Shown piece after piece: positions 27,531 through 34,788 of a DNA stretch of 49,597 bases. Origin of the DNA: Robiginitomaculum sp. (lineage in GTDB: Bacteria > Pseudomonadota > Alphaproteobacteria > Caulobacterales > Maricaulaceae); NCBI GenBank assembly GCA_002733485.1, contig NVVU01000004.1:26836-76432 (forward strand). Direction: 5' to 3'. The translations under genes and the position numbers were made by a program. The notes below the pieces were generated by a model, which was given only the letters and a program-made list of their open reading frames with translations, ran no database searches and was not told where the DNA came from. Position 1 is the first letter of the stretch. Every line of letters begins with the position of its first letter.

Positions 27531-28277
27531 ATGGCCGGACACTCAAAATGGGCAAATATTCAGCACCGCAAGGGACGTCAGGACAAGGCGCGCTCGAAGC
27601 TGTTTTCCAAACTCTCCAAGGAAATTGCCATTGCTGCCAAAATGGGCGGCGGTGATCCGGAGGGCAATCCGCGCCTGCGTCTGGCCATCAATAATGCCAA
27701 ATCACAATCCGTGCCCAAAGACAATATTCAACGCGCCATCGACAAAGCCACCGGGGCAGATGGGGCCGAGTATGAAGAAATTCGTTATGAGGGCTTTGGC
27801 CCGGCAGGCATTGGCGTCATTGTCGAGGTTTCTACCGACAATAAAAACCGCGCCGCCGCTGAAGTGCGCACCGCCTTTGCCAAAAATGGCGGTAATTTGG
27901 GCGAAACCGGATCGGTCGCCTTTATGTTCGATCAGGTCGGCGAAGTGCAATATAAAGCCGAAATTGCCGATGAAGATGCCATGTTGGAAGCGGCGATTGA
28001 GGCCGGGGCCGAAGACGTGGTTTCTGACGAAGACACCCACATTATCTATTGCGCCCGCGAAGACCTGCACGACGTGGTCAAGGCGCTGGAAACCAGCTTT
28101 GGTGAGCCATCTTCGGCCAATATGATCTGGAAGCCGCAAAACACCATTGAGGTGGGGGCCGACAAAGCCCCGACCTTGATGAAAATGCTGGACGCGCTGG
28201 AAGATTCTGACGATGTGCAGAACATCTATGCCAATTTCGATATTTCCGAAGAGGTGATGGAAGCCTTAGGCGACTAG
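27531..28277 (+). CDS. yebC: YebC/PmpR-family DNA-binding regulator
   Basis: [18 protein letters not shown] canonical N-terminus, with GGAGG 7 nt upstream. The track ORF begins 5 codons earlier. Confidence 0.92.
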   Translation: MAGHSKWANIQHRKGRQDKARSKLFSKLSKEIAIAAKMGGGDPEGNPRLRLAINNAKSQSVPKDNIQRAIDKATGADGAEYEEIRYEGFGPAGIGVIVEVSTDNKNRAAAEVRTAFAKNGGNLGETGSVAFMFDQVGEVQYKAEIADEDAMLEAAIEAGAEDVVSDEDTHIIYCAREDLHDVVKALETSFGEPSSANMIWKPQNTIEVGADKAPTLMKMLDALEDSDDVQNIYANFDISEEVMEALGD

Positions 28278-28290
28278 GAAAATCCGTTTT

Positions 28291-28420
28291 GTCATTCCGG
28301 CGCCCCCCACCCCGGTTTGGCTTCATAATTGTTCTTTCTGCCCCCCTCCTCATCCTGAGCTTGTCGAAGGAGCGGACGAGCAGGCAGGCCGAGCTGGATG
28401 CCGGTTTTCACCGGCATGAC
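28291..28420. repeat. degenerate composite hairpin-repeat mosaic (two A-type units flanking a solo B-type half)
   Basis: GTCATTCCGGCGCCCCCCACCCCGGTTTGG (28291-28320) and CTGGATGCCGGTTTTCACCGGCATGAC (28394-28420) are diverged A-type units. 28348-28371 is identical to 31320-31343. Confidence 0.7.
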
Positions 28421-28436
28421 GGCAAAGTTTATATGG

Positions 28437-30083
28437 TCACGCCTCAGATTCTTCTGCCACCAGTGTGAGCGCCGCCAGAATTGCCTCGCGCCGATTTTCA
28501 AAGCGGTGTTTGCTTTGCACCAGATCAAGCACGCCAAAACCTTCCAGTATTTTTTTGGCCTTGCCGCTAAGGCCCACCACCATAATGGTCTGATTGCCTG
28601 ATTTTGCCTGTTTAAACAGATCATCCAGTGCCATGGCGGCGCTGGGGTCAATATAACCGGCCTCTGAAAAATCATAAATATCCACCAGACGGCCCAGAAT
28701 TTGCTGACTGACGCGGCGACCCAGCTCGCGCGCAGACGCATAGGAAAATGCGCCGCGAAGGCGCGTTACGATCACCTTCCCCTTGCCCTTACGTAGCAGA
28801 TCGCGCTCTTCTTGGGTCAGGGCGATGTCTTCACCGCCTTCGCCACTATGGTGGTGCACGCCTTTTAGCTGTTCTTCACTAAGCGCCCGAGCATTGACAA
28901 AAGCAGCCAGAATTATGCCCACCGCCACGGCTGTGATCAGGTCGACAAACACCGTCATCAAAAAGGTGATGATCATCACCACGGCCTTGTCGCGCGGCAC
29001 CATATGGACGTGTTTCAAATAGCCCCAGTCGATAATATCCCAGCCAACTTTCATCAAAATTCCGGCCAGCACCGCCAGAGGAATTTTAGCCGCCAAAGGC
29101 CCCAGTCCCAGCGCCAGAGTCAGCAGCACCAGCGCATGGATAGCCCCCGAAATCGGGGTGCGCCCACCGGCACGGACATTAATGACCGTGCGCATGGTGG
29201 CCCCGGCGCCCGGCAGCCCACCGATCAGACCCGCCACCATATTGCCAATGCCTTGCCCGATCAGTTCCTGATTGGAATCATGGGCGGTGCGAGTAATAGA
29301 ATCGGCCACCAGTGAGGTCAGCAAACTGTCGATAGAACCAAGCAAAGCCAGCACCAGCCCAGCCTGAACCATGCCACCCAAATCCCCAAAGCTGAAGACA
29401 GGAATATGAATATTCGGCAGTCCGCCGGGAATGGCCCCAATGGTGGGGACACCTTTGAGCAGTAAAACCCCGGCCAGCGTACCGACCAGCAAAGCGGCCA
29501 GTGGCGATGGCACAAAACGGCGCAAGCTTTGTGGCCACAAAATGATCGTCACCAGCGAAAGTATGGCCAGCACCGGGGCGTTAAAGCCAATTGCGCCAGG
29601 ATCAATCAGCAAAAGCGCCCGCACCGCCCCAACAGGGCCGCCCTCGGCTGCCGGTAGGCCAAGAAAGGGCAGGGTCTGGATGATGATGATAATCATGCCA
29701 ATGCCGGTCATAAACCCGGACACCACTGAGTAGGGCGTATAGCGCACATAATGGCCGACCTTGGCAAAGCCAAAGAGTATCTGAAACGCCCCGCCCAGCA
29801 TAACAATGGCAAAGGCCTCGGGCATGGTCCCTGCATGGGCGGCGACCACCGCGCCCATGACCACGGTCATCGGCCCGGTGGGGCCAGAAACCTGCGCCGG
29901 TGTCCCCCCAAAAATGGCGGCAAAAAATCCGGTGGCAATGGCCCCATAAAGCCCCGCTGCCGGGCCAAGACCAGAGGCCACCCCAAAAGCCAGCGCCAGC
30001 GGCAAAGCAATCACCGCCGCAGTCAAACCACCAAAAATATCACCCTTGAGGTTTCGAAATAGATTTTTGCGCACGATTTCCAT
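28437..30083 (-). CDS. SulP-family anion transporter with C-terminal STAS domain
   Basis: Polytopic membrane domain (GDIFGGLTAAVIALPLALAFGVASG...) followed by a ~130-aa STAS-like tail. Start set at MEIVRKNL (30083); the track ORF extends to 30131. Confidence 0.9.
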   Translation of the reverse strand: MEIVRKNLFRNLKGDIFGGLTAAVIALPLALAFGVASGLGPAAGLYGAIATGFFAAIFGGTPAQVSGPTGPMTVVMGAVVAAHAGTMPEAFAIVMLGGAFQILFGFAKVGHYVRYTPYSVVSGFMTGIGMIIIIIQTLPFLGLPAAEGGPVGAVRALLLIDPGAIGFNAPVLAILSLVTIILWPQSLRRFVPSPLAALLVGTLAGVLLLKGVPTIGAIPGGLPNIHIPVFSFGDLGGMVQAGLVLALLGSIDSLLTSLVADSITRTAHDSNQELIGQGIGNMVAGLIGGLPGAGATMRTVINVRAGGRTPISGAIHALVLLTLALGLGPLAAKIPLAVLAGILMKVGWDIIDWGYLKHVHMVPRDKAVVMIITFLMTVFVDLITAVAVGIILAAFVNARALSEEQLKGVHHHSGEGGEDIALTQEERDLLRKGKGKVIVTRLRGAFSYASARELGRRVSQQILGRLVDIYDFSEAGYIDPSAAMALDDLFKQAKSGNQTIMVVGLSGKAKKILEGFGVLDLVQSKHRFENRREAILAALTLVAEESEA

Positions 30084-30184
30084 GACACGGCTTTCAAATT
30101 GTAAAGGGTAGGCACGACCGGAGCCTGGCACTAAATCCGCCTATGCGCCTCTCCTTACCGCTTGTAAAGGTGAGGGTCTGGATT

Positions 30185-31168
30185 TTATGCCAGCCTGCCC
30201 CAAAGGCGCAGGCGGCTGACCCCGCCATCGGGAATAATGTTCAAACGCACATGACTGACCGGACCCAGCGCGTTCAGTGCATCGGTAAATTCATGCACAG
30301 TATCGGCGGCAAGTTTTTGCTCAGAAAGCAGAACCGGCCAGTTTTCAGCTTCGGCCAATATTTCTGCATCGGTTTTGCCGGTGATCAGCGCGGCCTGTAA
30401 AAACGTCCGGTCCGGGTAATTGCCCTTGAAAAATGCGGTGTCGATCACTGCCTTTTCAATCACACCGGGATGAGCCAAAGCGATCACCGCCCAGTCATGA
30501 CCCGGTTCGCGCCGCCGCCGGGTTTCCCAGCCATCGCCCATGTTAATGCCCTTGGTCGGCGCCAGCATATTTTCCGGCGTACCAAAATGCTGATCATTGC
30601 AGCCAAGGGGCCGCGCGCCCTCTTCCAAAGCTGCCAGATTAATCAGCGTGCCCGCCGACACCTGTGTCCAGTCCTTGTGAATGGTGCCATAAATGCGCAG
30701 GCGCGCTACCCCGCCATCAGGATAGATATGCAGGCGCACATGGGTGAAGGTGTCTGCTTCTTCCACAATCACATAATGTTGCGAATCGCCCTTTAGCGCC
30801 ATTTTTGGCACGACTTCGCGCCAGTCCGCCTCGTCTGGAATGTCCGTCTTTGAGGTACAGGCCTCTAGCGAGGCAAAGGGCGGGTAATTGCCCGTAAAGT
30901 GCGCGGTATCGACTAAAAACCCGCTGATCACACCCGGACGGCCAAGGCGGATTATGCAATGATCATGGCCGGGCACGCGCTTGCGCCGACTTTCCCAGCC
31001 ATCCATCCATTTGCCATTATCGTCATACTTGCCTTCAATGAAGATCGGGACTTCGGGGTTGATCAAACGGGCCTTGTCGGCGAAAAAATCATCTGTGGCG
31101 TAGGTCACTTTTGACCCCAAGCGCGGTTGGGCAAGGTCGATATTTTCTTTGGCAAAATCGGGGGTCAT
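30185..31168 (-). CDS. alc: allantoicase
   Basis: Two internal allantoicase repeats (DGWESRRKR / DGWETRRRR, FTGNYPP / FKGNYPD). Start at ATG 31168, with GGAG upstream; the track uses a GTG at 31183. Confidence 0.88.
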   Translation of the reverse strand: MTPDFAKENIDLAQPRLGSKVTYATDDFFADKARLINPEVPIFIEGKYDDNGKWMDGWESRRKRVPGHDHCIIRLGRPGVISGFLVDTAHFTGNYPPFASLEACTSKTDIPDEADWREVVPKMALKGDSQHYVIVEEADTFTHVRLHIYPDGGVARLRIYGTIHKDWTQVSAGTLINLAALEEGARPLGCNDQHFGTPENMLAPTKGINMGDGWETRRRREPGHDWAVIALAHPGVIEKAVIDTAFFKGNYPDRTFLQAALITGKTDAEILAEAENWPVLLSEQKLAADTVHEFTDALNALGPVSHVRLNIIPDGGVSRLRLWGRLA

Positions 31169-31186
31169 GTCGTTTAGCTCCACGCT

Positions 31187-31265
31187 GTCATTGCCCGATT
31201 TATTCGGGCAATCCAGTCAATAATGAAAACTGCCTCTGGATTACCCGGACAAGCCGGGTAATGAC
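31187..31265. repeat. composite A-type hairpin repeat (two inverted 30-nt units, 19-nt A-rich spacer)
   Basis: GTCATTGCCCGATTTATTCGGGCAATCCAG (31187-31216) and CTGGATTACCCGGACAAGCCGGGTAATGAC (31236-31265). The same architecture recurs at 32906-32985 and 41243-41320. Confidence 0.85.
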
Positions 31266-31319
31266 ACATTGGTGTAAAATCGGAGGTCATAAGTATGGCC
31301 TTGTTCAATATTTCATAGT

Positions 31320-31388
31320 CCTCATCCTGAGCTTGTCGAAGGATGAAGGGTGTTGCTGTTACCATCCTTCGACAAGCTCAGGATGAGG
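31320..31388. repeat. B-type palindrome: 26-bp perfect inverted repeat with 17-nt loop
   Basis: CCTCATCCTGAGCTTGTCGAAGGATG (31320-31345) pairs perfectly with CATCCTTCGACAAGCTCAGGATGAGG (31363-31388). It lies 22 nt past the uraD stop. Confidence 0.9.
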
Positions 31389-31410
31389 GGAGAGGCTTAT
31401 TCTCTTATCG

Positions 31411-31926
31411 TTACGCTTCCATGGCGAAAAGGCGTAAGCGGGCGATTTTATTCACCTCGTTCAGCGCCGTTTGTAATTCCTTATCGCGGCTATTGTTCAG
31501 GCGCGCCGCGAACTGATCCAGAATATCGTGGCGGGTCAGGCCCTTAACCGCGACAATAAAGGGAAAGCCGAACTTTTCCTTATAGGCGGCATTGAGGCGC
31601 TCAAACCGGGCAAACTCCTCTGCCGTACAAGCATCAAGGCCCGCGCCCGCCTGCTCGCTGCGCGAGGATTGCGTCAGATCACCGGCAATAGCCGCCTTGC
31701 CTGCAAGATCCGGGTGAGCGCGAAGAAGCGCCAGTTTTGCGGCCATCTCAGCCCCCTCCAGCACCCCGGCCATCAGCAAAGAAAGCTTGCCAGCGCTGGT
31801 TGGCACCTTGCCGCCAAGGCTTTGCCAAAGCGTCTTCGCAATCCAGGGTGAGTGCTCGTAAACGCCGCCATAGGCGGCGACAAAGCTGGCTTCATCCAAT
31901 TGCGCCAGATTGGGGTTCAATCTCAT
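31411..31926 (-). CDS. uraD: 2-oxo-4-hydroxy-4-carboxy-5-ureidoimidazoline (OHCU) decarboxylase
   Basis: 171 aa with FVAAYGGVYEHSPWIA and LRAHPDLAGK motifs typical of UraD. ATGA overlap with puuE. Confidence 0.85.
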   Translation of the reverse strand: MRLNPNLAQLDEASFVAAYGGVYEHSPWIAKTLWQSLGGKVPTSAGKLSLLMAGVLEGAEMAAKLALLRAHPDLAGKAAIAGDLTQSSRSEQAGAGLDACTAEEFARFERLNAAYKEKFGFPFIVAVKGLTRHDILDQFAARLNNSRDKELQTALNEVNKIARLRLFAMEA

Positions 31927-32858
31927 GTTTTTGTCCCCTCAAAAGGGTGGTATTCGCGCCAGTGACGGGCAATATCCACGCGCCGGGCAAACCAGACATC
32001 CTCATGGCTTTGCGCATAACGGATAAAGCGTTCCAGCGCCGCCAGACGCCCAGGTCTACCGACAATACGGCAATGGGTGCCAATGGACATCATTTTGGGG
32101 TGGATTTCGCCCTCCCGATAAAGCGTGTCGAACGTGTCTTTTAAATAGCTATAAAACTGGTCCCCGGCGTTAAAGCCCTGCGGCGCACAATAGCGCATAT
32201 CATTTACATCCAGCGTATAGGGCACGATCAAATGCGGCGCTTCAACTTGCGTTGACCAAAACGGCAGATCGTCGGAATAATCATCCGCATCATACAAAAA
32301 ACCACCATAATCGGCCACCAGATCGCGGGTATGGGGACTGGTCCGCCCGGTATACCAGCCCAGCGAGCGTTCGCCGGTCAGGCGGGTGAGAATGTCCATC
32401 GCCTCATCCATATGGGCGCGTTCCACCTCAACCGGCACGTTTTGGTAGTTAATCCAGCGCAGGCCATGAGAGGCAATTTCATGCCCGGCTTTCATCATGG
32501 CGTCGCACACCGCCGGGTTGCGTTGCAAGGCCATAGCCACGGCAAACACTGTCACTGGCACGCCTAAGCGCGCAAAAAGGTCCAGCATCCGCCACACCCC
32601 GGCGCGACTGCCATACTCATAGAGGCTTTCCATGCTCATATGGCGGGCATCCGGCACCGGCGCGGCGCCGACAATTTCGGACAAAAAGGTTTCCGCCCCC
32701 CCATCCCCGTGCAGCACGGAATTTTCGCCGCCTTCTTCGTAATTGAGTACAATTTGAATGGCGATGCACGCCCCGCCCGGCCAATTTGCCTTTGGCGGAT
32801 TGGGACCATAACCGATAAGGTCGCGCGGATAGGGAGTTTGTGTCATTGCATATCTCAA
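31923..32858 (-). CDS. puuE: allantoinase, PuuE (polysaccharide-deacetylase fold) type
   Basis: YPRDLIGYGPNPPKANWPGGACIAIQIVLNYEEGGE is the characteristic PuuE N-terminus. The purine-catabolic context supports the call. Confidence 0.88.
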   Translation of the reverse strand: MRYAMTQTPYPRDLIGYGPNPPKANWPGGACIAIQIVLNYEEGGENSVLHGDGGAETFLSEIVGAAPVPDARHMSMESLYEYGSRAGVWRMLDLFARLGVPVTVFAVAMALQRNPAVCDAMMKAGHEIASHGLRWINYQNVPVEVERAHMDEAMDILTRLTGERSLGWYTGRTSPHTRDLVADYGGFLYDADDYSDDLPFWSTQVEAPHLIVPYTLDVNDMRYCAPQGFNAGDQFYSYLKDTFDTLYREGEIHPKMMSIGTHCRIVGRPGRLAALERFIRYAQSHEDVWFARRVDIARHWREYHPFEGTKT

Positions 32859-32905
32859 TGTGCCTGATGCTTTTCAGTGCCTTACTAAGTGATAGTATCG
32901 GCTTT

Positions 32906-32985
32906 GTCATTGCCGGGCCTGTCTCGGCGATGCAGGGCATGTAAAAAGAAAAAGACTGGATTACCCGAACGAGTCGGGTAATGAC
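32906..32985. repeat. composite A-type hairpin repeat in the puuE/uraH divergent gap
   Basis: GTCATTGCCGGGCCTGTCTCGGCGATGCAG (32906-32935) and CTGGATTACCCGAACGAGTCGGGTAATGAC (32956-32985), with a 20-nt A-rich spacer. Confidence 0.85.
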
Positions 32986-33010
32986 ACTATACAAGGGTAT
33001 GGGAGAAAAA

Positions 33011-33355
33011 ATGGCTGGACTGACCACACATGTATTAGATACCGCCAATGGCTGTCCGGCGGCCAAGATGAGCCTGCGCTTACTTTTTGAAGGCGGCAAG
33101 CTTCTCCTAGAGACCCGCACCAATGCTGACGGGCGCTGCGATGCGCCGCTGATTGCGCCAGAAAACATGCGCCCCGGCCTGTACCGTCTGGAATTCGGCG
33201 TGGCCGACTATTACCGCGCCCGGGGTGTAGACCTGCCTGAGCCGGCCTTTTTAGGCGTGGTTGCTATCGAATTTGGACTGGCGGACATGGACGCCCATTA
33301 TCATGTGCCGCTGCTGGTTTCTCCCTTTGGCTATTCCACATACCGGGGTAGCTAA
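33011..33355 (+). CDS. uraH: 5-hydroxyisourate hydrolase (transthyretin-like)
   Basis: MAGLTTHVLDTANGCPA N-terminus, HYHVPLLVSPFGYSTYRGS C-terminus (YRGS signature). Start at 33011 is preferred over the track start at 32981, which lies inside the repeat. Confidence 0.9.
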   Translation: MAGLTTHVLDTANGCPAAKMSLRLLFEGGKLLLETRTNADGRCDAPLIAPENMRPGLYRLEFGVADYYRARGVDLPEPAFLGVVAIEFGLADMDAHYHVPLLVSPFGYSTYRGS

Positions 33356-34788
33356 TGCGCGACACGATTTGTTTTATTCTGAACGGCAAGACCGTTGAGG
33401 TCCAAAACCCCGACCCCACCCTGACCCTTTTGAATTGGTTACGACGTGAGCGCGCCCTGACCGGCTCCAAGGAAGGCTGTGCCGAGGGCGATTGCGGGGC
33501 CTGCACCGTGGTCATTGGCGATCCGGATGCGACGCCGACATGGCAGGCGCTGAACGCCTGTATCGCTTTTTTACCCACGCTAGATGGCAAGACCGTCATA
33601 ACGGTTGAGGGGGTGGCCAAGGACGGCGCACTACACCCGGTGCAGCGCGCTTTGGTCGAGCATCACGGATCGCAATGCGGGTTTTGCACGCCGGGATTTG
33701 TGATGAGCCTTTATGCCCATTATCGCAATAATGGCGCGGTGGATGAAGAGACGCTGAACGACGTTCTGGCGGGCAATCTGTGCCGCTGTACCGGCTATTC
33801 GCCAATTATTCGTGCGGCCAAGGCGATGTATGATTATCCCAAAATTGACGAGATTGCGTTGGCCCGATCCGCAAAACAGGACACGCTGGCGCTGACCATG
33901 ACCGACCCTCTGACCGGCACGAAGAAAAAATACTTTGCGCCGCAATCGCTGGAGGAACTGGCCGCGCTTTATGGGGATTATCCAGACGCCACCATACTGG
34001 CAGGCGGCACCGATGTGGGCCTGTGGGTGACCAAAAGACACGCCGTCCTTGAAACACTGATCGACATTGGCCGGGTGGCGAGTTTTGCCAAAATTTCGCA
34101 AGATAAAAACGGCCTGACCATCTGGGCCGGGGCCAGCTATGCGGCCGCCCATACCGCGCTTGGTGATCTGCATCCCACGTTGGGGGAAATGGTGCGCCGC
34201 ATTGGCTCCACCCAAATAAGAAACGCTGGTACCATTGGTGGCAATATTGCCAATGGCTCGCCTATTGGCGACATGCCACCGCCGCTGATTGCGCTGGGGG
34301 CGGAACTGACTTTGCGAAAAGGCGAAACTACAAGACGCATGGCGCTGGAAGATTATTTTATCGCCTATGGTCAGCAAGATCGCCGTCCGGGCGAGTTTGT
34401 TGAAAGCATCTTTGTCCCTGCGATGGATCCAGCCACACGCTTTGCGGTTTATAAGGTTTCCAAACGCTTTGATCAGGATATTTCCGCCCTGTGCGGGGCA
34501 TTTTTTGTGCGCCTGCAAGATGGAAACGTGACCGAGGCCCGCTTGGCCTTTGGTGGCATGGCGGCCATTCCGGCCCGTGCCAAAACCGCCGAAGCGGCGC
34601 TGATTGGCAAAACGTGGAGTGAGGTCAATATCCGAGCGGCCATGAGCGCATTGGCCAAGGATTTTACCCCGCTTAGCGACATGCGCGCCAGCGCCGAATA
34701 CCGCCTGCAAACGGCCCAAAACCTGTTGTGGAAGTTCTACCTTGGCGAGGACGCGCCCTATCTGGCAAGGGAGGTGAACCGTGGTTAA
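33355..34788 (+). CDS. xdhA: xanthine dehydrogenase small subunit (2Fe-2S + FAD)
   Basis: Iron-sulfur motifs CAEGDCGACTV, CGFCTPG, CRCTGY, then an FAD-binding domain (ILAGGTDVGLWV). The start overlaps the uraH stop (TAATG). Confidence 0.92.
   Translation: MRDTICFILNGKTVEVQNPDPTLTLLNWLRRERALTGSKEGCAEGDCGACTVVIGDPDATPTWQALNACIAFLPTLDGKTVITVEGVAKDGALHPVQRALVEHHGSQCGFCTPGFVMSLYAHYRNNGAVDEETLNDVLAGNLCRCTGYSPIIRAAKAMYDYPKIDEIALARSAKQDTLALTMTDPLTGTKKKYFAPQSLEELAALYGDYPDATILAGGTDVGLWVTKRHAVLETLIDIGRVASFAKISQDKNGLTIWAGASYAAAHTALGDLHPTLGEMVRRIGSTQIRNAGTIGGNIANGSPIGDMPPPLIALGAELTLRKGETTRRMALEDYFIAYGQQDRRPGEFVESIFVPAMDPATRFAVYKVSKRFDQDISALCGAFFVRLQDGNVTEARLAFGGMAAIPARAKTAEAALIGKTWSEVNIRAAMSALAKDFTPLSDMRASAEYRLQTAQNLLWKFYLGEDAPYLAREVNRG

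Noticed and set aside
28292-28741. 149-aa minus-strand ORF 28292..28741
   Set aside because: It overlaps the SulP 3' end out of frame and then runs through the repeat mosaic. It has no coding features.
30099-30171. Direct repeat TTGTAAAGG(G/T) twice, 63 bp apart, upstream of the SulP gene
   Set aside because: There are only two 9-10-nt copies and no palindromic character. This is too weak to call a regulatory site.
31174-31547. Small ORFs 31174..31365(-) and 31350..31547(+)
   Set aside because: They are made entirely of repeat sequence (peptides ILRQAQDE, LSLSKDE and FDKLRMRG). These are known artefacts of this repeat class.
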